Assembly (NCBI RefSeq): GCF_006345805.1
Contig: NC_043019.1
Coordinates: 16,677,360-16,741,359 of the forward strand
DNA: 64,000 nucleotides
Reading direction: 5' to 3'
Source: Octopus sinensis
Taxonomy: Eukaryota
The notes under the pieces were generated by a model that saw only the letters and a program-made list of their open reading frames with translations, ran no database searches and had not been told where the DNA came from. Position numbers and translations under genes: made by a program. Below are positions 38,534 to 49,654 of the stretch, in pieces (position 1 is the first letter of the stretch; every line of letters starts with the position of its first letter).

Positions 38534-39830
38534 AATTATTATTCTTTTAACTCAGGTTTTGTTGGAACTCCTGGAGTTTTGCACACAAAGTTGTGGGTCT
38601 GATACCTGCAGCCTCTCGTATCTGTTCTCTTCACCTGTCTAATACATTCCCGAAGATTCTGGCCATGCCAAGGCAACAAACTTTTTGCAACAGCTCTACT
38701 GGACACTCTGGTCCCATTTATGTTCCTGTCAATATCTTAATTCTGTCCCCAAGGCCCAACAACAATCACCACCATCAACAGTCAGGCTATCTCATATTTA
38801 AGAGGATTGTATATGTATTTTTTAGCCTTCCTTTTTAACTATCAGGAGTCAAATTGGCATGCAACATCAATACTAGAGGACATGTGGTTTACCTTGTCCT
38901 CCACCACGAAACCTAGTTTAACTCAGGTTTTGTTGGAACTCCACAAAGTTGTGGGTCTGATACCTGCAGCCTCTTGTATCTGTTCTCTTTACCTGTCTAA
39001 GATCCTCTATATTACCGCGAGGAGCGACCAGTTTGATATCGTCGGCAAATAGAAGGGTGTGTTGCGTGAGGTCGTCGGGCAAGTCATTTATGAAGACTAA
39101 GAACAACAAGGGCCCAAGCACTGAACCTTGAGGCACGCCACTGCTCGCACTGGAGACGTCGGATCGCGAACCATTAACTTGGACTTGGAAGGAGCGATCT
39201 GAGAGGAAGGCACCAACCCATCGTACAATATCCGGATGGAAACTATATGCTTGAAGCTTGACACACCGCCGCCGTGGTGATCTCATTCTCGCCCACAACA
39301 TCATAAGCGGAAAGTGTAACCTCTCGAAAGAGCTGTTCTTCACTCCTGCTCCAGAGCGTCGGCTGCGGGGTCATTCCGAAAAGCTCTACCTGCGACGATT
39401 TCATCTTAATTGAAGGAGAGGAGCTTTCTCCGTCCGGGTTGCGGATCCGTGGAACAAGCTGCCAGACGAGATGGTGAAGATGCCGACGACCTCAAGTGGC
39501 CTGAACTCTTTACATGAACACCACCCTGTACTTAACTCCACGTCCCCCTACATGGCCTTGCTATTTGCTTTTGAGCCTAACTAACTAACTAACATGTTCA
39601 AACACCTGGTTTGTTTGGATTGGGAAATCCCACAGCATTTTGCAGTTCTCTAACTCAGCCACTCTGTGGTTTGTGTTCACACCATGTCTTGCTTCTCTCT
39701 AATCCCCACTTTTCACAGCTCCTAAAGCAGCATTTTAACTTCCTCATCATGTTGCCACAGTTTATATTGGTTTTGGGCAAGCCAAGGGTGTTCATTCACA
39801 AATGAGTAATGGTTTCATCAAATCCATTAC
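38534..39830 (-). mobile_element. R4/Dong-clade LINE 3' fragment (CCHC knuckle plus restriction-like endonuclease) interrupted by CR1
   Basis: 39594-39830: ETITHL...C..LAQNQYKLWQHD...CEHKPQ...KMLWDFPIQT; 38534-38922: VVEDK...IDVACQFD...ELLQKVCCLGMARIFGNVLDR* plus 3'UTR and (AAT)n tail. Confidence 0.8.
39001..39593. mobile_element. CR1-clade LINE with inverted 5' segment
   Basis: 39001-39266 minus: KLQAY...SGVPQGSVLGPLLFLVFINDL...LFADDIKL; 39267-39593 plus: RRRGDLILAHNIISG...LRGHSEKL...FSVRVADPWNKLP plus (CTAA)n tail. Confidence 0.9.
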
Positions 39831-39878
39831 AAATTCAGTACAATGCAAACATTTGCTCATTTCTAATTATTATTATAA

Positions 39879-40100
39879 AAGTGGTGAGCTGGCAGAATTA
39901 TTAGCACACTGGACAAAATGCTTAGCAGTATTTCGCCCGTCACTATGTTCCGAGTTCAAATTCCACCAAGGTCGGTTTTGCTTTTCATCCTTTCGGGGTC
40001 AATAAATTAAGTACCAGTGAAACACTGGGGTCTATATAATTGACAAATCCTCTCACAAAATTGCTGCCCTTGTGGCAAAATTTGAAACCATCATCAATAA
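39879..40100 (+). mobile_element. SINE family B
   Basis: gtggtgagctggcagaattattagcac...gagttcaaattcc. Confidence 0.85.
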
Positions 40101-40813
40101 TATCAATATGCTAACTTTCTGTTTTTGTATGTATTTATGTACCTGTGGTGTGTGTCACAATTATTTCAAAGGAAGATATAAAAAAGTTGAAGGGAGAGAT
40201 ACATAGAAAAAGAGAACTAAAAGGTGTTAAGCAGAGGAGGTATACTTGAAGTGAATGGCAAAGTGGGAGAAAGGAAGTGAGAGAGAGAGTGAGAGAGACA
40301 GTGAATGGTGACAGAAAGGAAGGTGGCATTCCTTTTTTTTTTTTTTTTAGGAGAGCATTGTAGTTCTCTTGAAGCATTGTGTATTGTTCGTAAAGAAAAG
40401 TTTTTAACGGTACAACAATGCTCTATAATACAGACAACGGGCTATATACCTGTTGCAATTTAGTCATCCATAGTCTGATGATATTTCAGAATAAAATTCC
40501 TTCTTCAGATATTCTTGGATGGAGTCGCTGCTATAATCAGTTTTCCAACAGTTTTTCTTTTTTTTTTTTTGGAAGTGTCTCAGCAGTGGTCTCACGAAGC
40601 TCCTTCCTGAATTCCTCATAAGAAGTGCGTGAGGTCAGCCATTCTCAATCTCGTGTGTGCTGGTACATCCATAGTGCTGCTTCTAAGTAATGTATTATAC
40701 ATGCAGCTTCCTCCCCCCACACACTTTTTTCTCTTTTTTTTTTTTTATAAAAAATAGATGAGCACATTATCAAAAATGAACCTACATGCATCCAGATGTA
40801 GCTAAACAATATA

Positions 40814-41755
40814 TTAACTGCCAACCTCCAGCCTGTTGTTAATTTGGGGTCTGAGTATGAGTATAGCTTCCTTAATTCTTAAATTACCCAAATTTCTTTC
40901 ATTGGCTTCAATTTTGAGTTATGCTTTTGTCGGTGTTCTGGTATCTGTCCAGATGTTTTCTGAAGGAGGAGGTTCTTGTGTTCAGATGTTCTTTGATGCA
41001 GACGTGTAACGGTCTCTTGTTGTGCTACCCACATAGAACTTGTTGCATTTGTTACATTGTATTCTATACAACAACATTTACCCTTTGGCATAAATCTGTG
41101 TCACGGATGGGGCAGTTTGCTAGTGTGCATTGATTGCTGTCCCTTGCTCATTTTTTTGCAAGGTGTCTTCTCAGAGAGGGGCCAGAGTGGGCTGGTTGTA
41201 TGTCTAGCCCTTCTCTTCTTATGGCTCTTCGGGTGGCTGTAGTTATCCTCTCGCTAAAATGGGCTATTTTAAGGAAGCATGTGTTGCTGGGTTTTCTATG
41301 TGATCGGCGTGTTGGCCGTCTTGGGTACTTAAACCAATTTACAATGGATCTAGGATACCCATTAGTTTTCAATATATCTAGAAAGCGTGTAGTGTGGGTC
41401 ACCTTGTCCTCTGTCCTGCTGCACTTACTCTGGATGCGCACAAGTTCATTTCTGGTGTATCCTATTTTGGCACCGAGTGGAAGGGATGAACTGTATTAGA
41501 CAAACACATCTCTACTGGCTGCTTTCCTGTAGAACTTGGTATGGATTTCCCTTTCTTCTGTTATTTTCAGTTGGAAGTCAAGTAGTGATAGCGATCCAGT
41601 GATGTCGGGATATTCTATAGGGAACTTTATGTTCATGTCCATGTTATCGAATGTCGTGAATATTCTGTCATCCTTTTCATGGGAGGATGTCAGTATGAGG
41701 ATGTCATCTACGTACTTGGTGAAGAAGGAGCGTGAGTGGCAGATGTGAACCATCT
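40814..41755 (-). mobile_element. Penelope-like retroelement 3' part (RT thumb plus GIY-YIG endonuclease)
   Basis: KYVDDIL, SLSLLDF, FYRK, NGYP and YRIQCNKCNKFYVGST...EH...LRIKEAILI.RPQINNRLE*; few stops or frameshifts. Confidence 0.92.
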
Positions 41756-41779
41756 GGAATGTTATTATTATGATTATTA

Positions 41780-41995
41780 AAGCAAGCTGCCAGAATCGTT
41801 AGCACACTGGATGAAATGATTAACAGTATTTCGTCCACCACTATGTTCTGAGTTCAAATTCTGCTGAGGTCGACTCTGCCTTTTATCCTTTTGGGGTCAA
41901 TAAATTAAGAACCAGTGAAACATTGGGGTCAATGTAGTTGATTAGTCCCCTCCCCCAAAATTTCAGGCCTTGTGCCTATAGCAGAAAGGATTATT
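41780..41995 (+). mobile_element. SINE family B
   Basis: gctgccagaatcgttagcac...ttctgagttcaaattctgctgaggtcgac. Confidence 0.8.
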
Positions 41996-43892
41996 ATTGT
42001 GGAGAGCTGGTAAAATGTTAGAGTATTGTTTTGGCTTTTTATGTTCTGAGCTCAAATCCTATCCCGGTCAACTCTACATTTCATCCCTCCAGGGCCGGTA
42101 AAAAAGAGTACTGATTGAGAACTGGAGTTAATGGTTTTCTCCGTTCAAAATAGCAGGTCTTATGCCAAAATCGGAAACCATTATTATCATTTCTAACATC
42201 AGCACAGGGGCCAGGAAATTGCAAAAGAGAAGGGCAAGCGGATACTCAGTATTGGTACCAATCAGTAACAGAACAGGAAACGGTGAAGTTCATCTTGGTA
42301 GACAATGCTTAAATGTTATATATCATTGCAATTAAAATTATATGCAGTAAACAAACCAAATTATCACAGACTGTAAGCATAAATTAAAGAAAATTGCTTA
42401 CAGTACATCAGTAATTATGTCAGGAAGACGTATCTTCTCATGAAACCTCCTTCCTCTTCATATATAACCTACACCTGTTGTGTGTCTTACACTATTAAAT
42501 GATTGTATTACTTTTATGAAACATTTTTTAATTATCTCAACGGAAAGTTCTCCAAGCCTGTCAGTTATTCACAATGAGTGGATGACAACAAAATCATAGC
42601 AGTAGAGAGCCACTTGGTGGATGATTGAAGTTACATAAAAACATCGCAGCCAGAAATACAAGGCCATACATAAACCAGTGGCATGTGTATAGTGTTGAAG
42701 CCTAACTAGAATTGTGAATAATACTAACTCTGGTTAGCCAAATCAGGGCACCTTTCCCATTCTAGAATTCTTAATAGGACTGTGTCTGTGTGAGAGAGAG
42801 AGAGGTAGGGAGGAAGAGAGAGAGAAAGAATTTTTCTTCCATTCATATCTGCACACAAACCTTTCTAACGTCTGATATTCTTTCATTTCTTTATTGTTAA
42901 TAAAGATGTTATAATGTACCTTGACCTTTCACCTTTATCAATTTACTTTGGTCCCATTACGATTAAGGTTTTTAGGAATAATTAGCCCTACCCAGCTCAC
43001 TAAATCTACTTCATGCTCCAGTTTGGCCTGCAAAGCCAAAGGAACTTTACACCCTTGCTTTAATCTGGTTGGGTAGTTGGTGTCTTAACTGTTTCCTGTT
43101 TGTGAATTTCCTGGGTGATGATGGTACATCGACTCCCAGTAGGATTAAAAATAAAAACCAGTCAAAGAACAAAAGGGATTCTCACAGAATAACAATATCC
43201 AGGGAGGAGACGGGTGCCACTGAATCATCTGTCAACTGAAACCAGTCTTGCTTTGCAAAGTCTATTTCAATATGACATTCTTGGACACTGGAGTTGGCTT
43301 GTGGTGCCATGTAAAAGCTCCCAGCACACTCTGTAAAGTGGTTGGCATTAGGAAGGGCATCTGGCCATAGAAACCATGCCAAATCAGACTGGAGTCTGGT
43401 GCAGCCCCCCACCCCGAGTTTTCCAGCTCTGATCAAACCATCCAACCCATGCCAGCATGAACAACGGATATTAAAGGATGAATACTTTCTAATTTTGGCA
43501 TAAGGCCAGCAATTTTTTTATGGAAGGGAGTAAGTCGAGTACTTTGACACTGGTACTCAAGTGGTACTTTATTTCAATAGTTCTGAAAAGATGAAAAGCA
43601 AAGTAGACTTGAGCAAGATTTGAACTAAGAACATAAAAAGACAGAAAAAATGTTGCAAAACAACCAATGCTCCATCAATTCTGTCAGCTCACCAACTTTG
43701 GTGGGGTTTAAAAATAATGAGAAATAATTTTAGAAATATGAAATATTTAAATAAGTTTATAAGATATGCAGATGCTGATTGTTAAGGTTAGAAATGAGAA
43801 GATAATTCATATATTGAAGTTTGTGCTGTCAACGAAACCTTTACATTAAAAGAAAAGGTTTAAAAAAGCCATGCAGCCAATGCACAAGCTAT

Positions 43893-45120
43893 ACAGGTGT
43901 GGAAGCAAGGTCTAGAATGGAAGGGCCTTAGGGTCCATAAAGCAAAAACCAAGGTCTTAATAAGTAGGAAGGCAGACAAAACACAAATCCCTTCAGGTAG
44001 ATGACCCTGCTCGATCTATAGAAAAGGCGTAGGCAGAAACTCCATAAGATGTACCCGGTGTAAGCTATGGATACATAAGTGCAGCAATATCAAAGGAAGG
44101 TTAACTGGGAAGATAGTTTTTGTGTGTGGCAGATGCACAGGGGCAATAAACACCGAAGATGTACAAAAAACAGATTCCATCACATGCTAGGGGGAAAAAC
44201 TAGAAGTTGATAGCTTCCATTTTCTAGGTGATCAAGTCAGTAGCAGGGGTGGATGCTCTGAGAGCATAGCTGCTACAATAAGAATAGCCTGAGCAAAGTT
44301 CAGAGAGCTCCTACCTCTGCTGGTAACAAAGGGCTTTTCGCTCAGAGTGAAAAGTAGACTGTATGATGCACATGTATGAACAGCCACGATACATGGCAGT
44401 GAAACACGAGCTGTGACTGCTGAGGACATGTATAGGCTTGAAAGAAATGCATACACGAAAGGGTGTAAGCACCCCGAGAGAAAAGTTGGACATAAGAAGC
44501 ATCGGATGTGGTGTGCAAGAGAGACGACTGCATTGGTATGGTCATGTATTGAGTATAGATGAGGACAGCTGTGTGAAGAAGTGTCACACCCTAACAGTTG
44601 AAGGAACCTGTGGCAGGGGTAGACCTAGGAAGACATGGGTCGAAGTGGTACAGCACAACCCTTGAATGTTGGACCTCACAGAGGCAATGACAAGTGACCA
44701 AGACCTTTGGAGATATTCAGTGGTTGAGAAGACCCAGCAAACCAAGTGAGATTGTAGCCATGGCTGATGCCAATGCTGCATAACTGGCCCGTTTAAAAGT
44801 ACCCTTCAATCATCAGGCAATACGCTGTGCTCGAGAAGACCTATTGAGTCAGGTGAAATCATAGTTGTAGCCACCTAACTGGCATCCATGCTGGTAGCAT
44901 GTAGATTGATGCCAATGCCGCCTGACTGGCCTCCGTGCTGGTGGCACGTAAAAAGCACCCACTACACTCTCAGAGTGGTTAGCATTAGGAAGGGCATCCA
45001 GCTGTAGAAACTTTGCCCGATCAGACTGGAGACTGGTGCAGCCTCCTGGCTTGCCAGACCTCAGTCAAACCGTCCAACTCATGCCAGCATGGAAAGCAGG
45101 TGTTAAACAATGATGATGAT
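43893..45120 (+). mobile_element. RTE-clade LINE 3' fragment (second RTE family) with 3'UTR and (ATG)n tail
   Basis: WKQGLEWKGLRVHKAKTKVL, Cys-rich insert (CTRCKLWIH...CGRC), RLHWYGHVL...GRGRPRKTW; tail at 45110-45120. Confidence 0.9.
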
Positions 45121-46237
45121 ATATAATTTGCCACACCCAGTTTCTTCCATTTGTCAACTGAGAGAATATGTTTGTTCTAGACAACATGTGTTGATCTGAC
45201 CTGGGCAACATTTAACATTGCCTAGTTTCACTTCAAAGCCAAGCTGCTGCCACAAAGAGAGGGGAGGAAGGGCAAGAGCAGTTACAACATCTAAATGACC
45301 CAGTATTTCAAAAGTAACCTATTGATATCTAAGAATGTATCAATGTTAAACTGTTTTGAATGATATGAAGGCATGTACTATGTGTGCATAGTACAGGTGT
45401 GAATATTGCAGCATAGATATGTATGTGTACTACTGGAATAACAATGCAATTTGGTGTAACAGGTTACATTGCTAAATCGTTGTCAGCCAATCAAGTGGCA
45501 GCCCAACCAGGTGAGGCGGGTTGCAAAACAGCAAGACTTGTCAAAAGAGTGTATGAGTGCACAGTACAATGTATGCATACAGCAGTATGTAACGTGCAAC
45601 ATGTTACCATGATAGAAACTGGACCAAGTCTGTTCAGTTTGAAGAGATTGCCTTAAGAGAAAAGGATCCATCATTGACACAATGGGATTAGTTGTTAGAA
45701 GTAATCCAGAGGATTAAAGGTCCCAAATCCAAGCCTAAATATGTGGATTAGGCCTACCATCTTCGTGATTAGCAGTTTGTATATTTATTTATTGACGTAA
45801 GGAGCCAGGGCAATCTTCATGATCTTTTGCGGAATAAGAGAGAAAGAGCTGAATGCTTCATAATGTTAAAGTTGTGTGGTAGAAGAGAAAAGGTGGGCAG
45901 TAATGAAGTCCTTAAAAGGAGATCATTCTTAGAAGGACTTGATGTTAATTCTTGGGCCAAGAACACAAACGTGTTTGTTTCAAGCAGAACTAATCAAGCT
46001 AACTGACAATTACAGAAGCAGTATTCAGACGCCACTCTAAAAGGCCTATCTCCTGTGCCCAAAGCCTGTTGGATTCTTAATCAACCAATTACATTTAACA
46101 GACATGTTGATACTCATCAACTATGTAGGACAGACAGACAGGTGGACAGAAACACGTTACATACAACACCTTTGTTAACAAGATATTTGTAAAAATAACC
46201 ATTTTGTCAACTAAAGAATTCTTTTTCTAATCATTCA

Positions 46238-46468
<231 letters not shown>

Positions 46469-47156
46469 GCGTGTTTTCAAGTGTAAATTAAAAGAGTTTC
46501 TGGCTGTTCAAACTAACAATTGAACATTTGTCTTTGATATCAACCTGACACAACAAGCATTAAGTTGACTTCAAAGGCAAAGATTAAAAAGTCACACCAA
46601 GGACAGGAATTTGAAACAGTCACTGCACCAGATCACTTTTATTTACACCCAGCACAAAAATGTTCAATGTTTGAACAGAATGAATAGAATGAATCCACCT
46701 AGACACAACAGGTGAAAAATGTTCCGGTTCACTTGACACTAATAAAGGCAAGACTAAAAGTTAGTAAAGAAGGGAAAATGGAGAATATTGAGGGAGCAGT
46801 TCAGTTGTTTGTATTGCTTCTTTAAAAATCATTTCAGAAAAATGGTTTAACAGCATTTGCAAACAATTTATAATGCCTTAAATTTTAAGAATTCAGGGGA
46901 TATTAAGCAAAATGAGGATATTTCGTGTCACATATGGTGTGCTTGAATAGTGTGTGTGTGCGCGCGCACGAGTGAGTGTGTGTGAGTGATTGTGAGTGAG
47001 TAAGTGTGTGAGTCATTACAAGTGATTGCAAGTGAGTGAGTGCGAGTGAATGCACAAGTTAAATTCCATTGAATTGAAATTCTTTGATTTCCGTTTGTGA
47101 CAAAAGGCACATTTATGGACAATCTATTTTTACAAAACTATTATAGAAGAACGTGA

Positions 47157-47448
47157 AGGCACATGGCCTAGTGGTTAGAGCAGTGGCCAGATGGACAAGG
47201 GATCGCGGGTTCGAATCTCAGACTGGGTGATGTGTGTGTTTACGAGCAAAACACCTAGTTCCATGTGGCTCCAGTAGAAGACAATGGCAGACTCCGGCTG
47301 ACTCTTTTGCCACAACTTTCTCTCACTCTTTCCTCCTGAATCTAGAAGCTCACCTGTAACAGACTGGCATCCCAACCAGGTGGGGAACCTATACGCCAAT
47401 GAAACCAGCCCTTATGAGCCAGGCATGGCTTGAGAAGGAACAAACAAC
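47157..47448 (+). mobile_element. tRNA-derived SINE family C
   Basis: Box A tggcctagtggtt, box B ggttcgaatc, followed by a non-tRNA body. Confidence 0.8.
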
Positions 47449-47843
47449 ATTTTGGAACAGTTACACTTAATAATAATTGTACAAATAATGTCAGAAACAG
47501 ATTCCTTTGAAATAATTTAATCTTTAAGTCACTTCAACATGGCCGTCTTCATTAAAAAGAAAAAAAGGAAATTTTATCTTAAATCAATAAAAGATGCGAC
47601 TTTTGCATATTTATTCTTGTTAGAGTTGTAAATATCTTAAAAGACTGCAACAGACTCAACATTACAAACCTTGTGGGTGAGATCAATAACCAATCAGCTG
47701 AGATTATGCAACGTGGTATAATTTTCTCAGACATGCATCCACACAAGGGAAGTGTACCAAGAAAATTGATATTTTATCAGAGCACTTTCATCCAATGACT
47801 TTATCCCACAAGTCTCTTCTTGATTTGCTTTTTCCATTAAAAA

Positions 47844-47885
47844 GTCACTGAAGAGGTCACAGGTGTGTGACGAAAGAGCTTTGAC
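47844..47885 (+). ncRNA. Minimal type I hammerhead-ribozyme-like motif
   Basis: gtca-CTGAAGA-g-gtcaca(ggtg)tgtgac-GAAA-gagc-TT-tgac: 4-bp stem I, 6-bp stem II, 1-2-bp stem III. Confidence 0.5.
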
Positions 47886-49258
47886 AAACTAAAATAACAA
47901 GAAAATTGGTAATTTTTCACCAAAATAACAATTTTGTGCTTATGCTAATCACTCCACCCTATACTCTAAAAAAAAGTCTTGAGGCATACCCAGAAAGAGA
48001 GCAATACAGCTGTGTGTGTATGTATATACATGCATGCACACAAGCATTCAACATACAAATATATACACACAGAAATTAGCAGAAAAACAGTTGTGAGCAC
48101 ATGTCTGTATTTGTTACTCTGTGGGTCAAAGCTTCTCACAGTTTCTTGTTGCTCAAGCCAGCAGCAGACCTAGCAGCAGCAAAGTTATTCACAACCTGAT
48201 AAAAATAGCAATGAAATCTTCAATTCACAACCAGTTACCATAGAAACGAATAAATTTAATAACAAAATTTTGGTTTCTTTGAGATGATTGTAGTTGGAAT
48301 TTCTCTCATATGCGACTTAACACTTGCAGATATTTATGTATGTACATTGCGGGGGGGGGGGGTAAAAATGGTTACTTTGATATGATTATTAATTCATTCT
48401 CACAGCATTGTGTGTCCAACACACTCACACACAGACATACACTCTCACACACAGACATACACACGCACACACAGACATATACACGCACACACACACACAC
48501 ACACACACTACCATTTTGTAGGAAGCCTGTGTCTAAGAAATTCAAGTGGCACTGAAGAGTAGACCCGTGTTTCTGCAAGAAATGACAGTAACATCATTCC
48601 AATCTGAAATGGTTCTTCTATCCAGGAGAACAAAAGCAATCATTATGGGTGAACTCTCAGTGTTCCGGGAGGAGAGACTTGACGTTTCTCACCAACTGAA
48701 GAAAGCTAAATATCAGAACTTGGTTGTCAAATGGTGGCACGCAGCCCCATTCCTTACTGAAGCTGTCTGTTAGGCTTTCCCAGCAAGATTGGTGAGACAT
48801 TTTCTGTAGAAGGTCGATTTGGAACCCAAACTGAAGAAAGCCATAACAGCTAAGACCAGTTCAAGGCGGCTGTGACCGAAAAGTGGTTGCAGATGCCGGG
48901 GGTGGGGTGACTGTCTTTGCTGCCCCACTTGGGTGAAGAGGTTAAAGAGTAAAAGCCGCGACTGAGATCCCTTCTGTAAATAAAGAAGAACGGTTCCCAA
49001 CATTTCAATGGCTTTAGTCACCACCAGAAGAGTTTGTAATATCTTTAAGCAGCTCCTGTAGTTTATACTTGGGGTAAAACATCTCTGATGTTTATGCACA
49101 CAATTTCTCTCTCTCTCTCTCAGTATTGCACGCTGGGTCTGCGTGTTTAATTACGTTTGATTACTCATAATAGAAAATGTTTTTCTATCATTATACAGAG
49201 AGAGAGAGAGAGAGAGAGAGAGCAAAAGCCAAAACTATCAGTAAAACACACACCTCAC

Positions 49259-49300
49259 AAGGTCTTTCATCAAATCGCCGCCATCTTCAACGTCTCCACT
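49259..49300 (-). promoter_or_regulatory. Candidate alternative first exon / TSS region with YY1-type motif
   Basis: Minus strand gaAGATGGCGGCGatttgATGAAAGACCTT|GTGAGG: AAGATGGCGGC motif typical of TSS-proximal YY1 sites, then a donor; M-K-D-L ends in phase 0. Confidence 0.45.
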
Positions 49301-49459
49301 TGTAACTGAACTTGATGTTATAAAAACGTACATAACTTGCACAAATTACTTTAATATATACGCGATATTTCAACAGCAACGAGAGAGAATAGTGTAAAAT
49401 GACAACAGTTTTTCGTGGAAGCCTAATGTAAAGGAGGTTATTTTTGGAAAGGTTATTAA

Positions 49460-49654
49460 CCATATTTAATGATATAAAACACGCGCGGGGATAATAGGCG
49501 CACCCACATCTTCGTGAAAAAGTTTCTAGGGCATTAAAACATGTAACATAGACCCGACTTCACGTATAGCACCCGGGGTGGGATTTTTCGGGGCATTTTA
49601 TTATTTTTTTTTCTTTGTGAACCACAAATGCATCTTATAGGTCATCAAATTCAG
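49460..49654. mobile_element. Small Tc2/pogo-like MITE
   Basis: Imperfect TIRs ccatatttaatgatataaaacacgc / gcatcttataggtcatcaaattcag|ta; internal taataggcgcaccc and tatagcaccc motifs. Confidence 0.45.

Noticed and set aside
47157-47235. tRNA-like sequence with A and B boxes
   Set aside because: No clean acceptor-stem closure and it runs into a SINE body; a SINE head rather than a tRNA gene. The same applies to the heads of families A and B.
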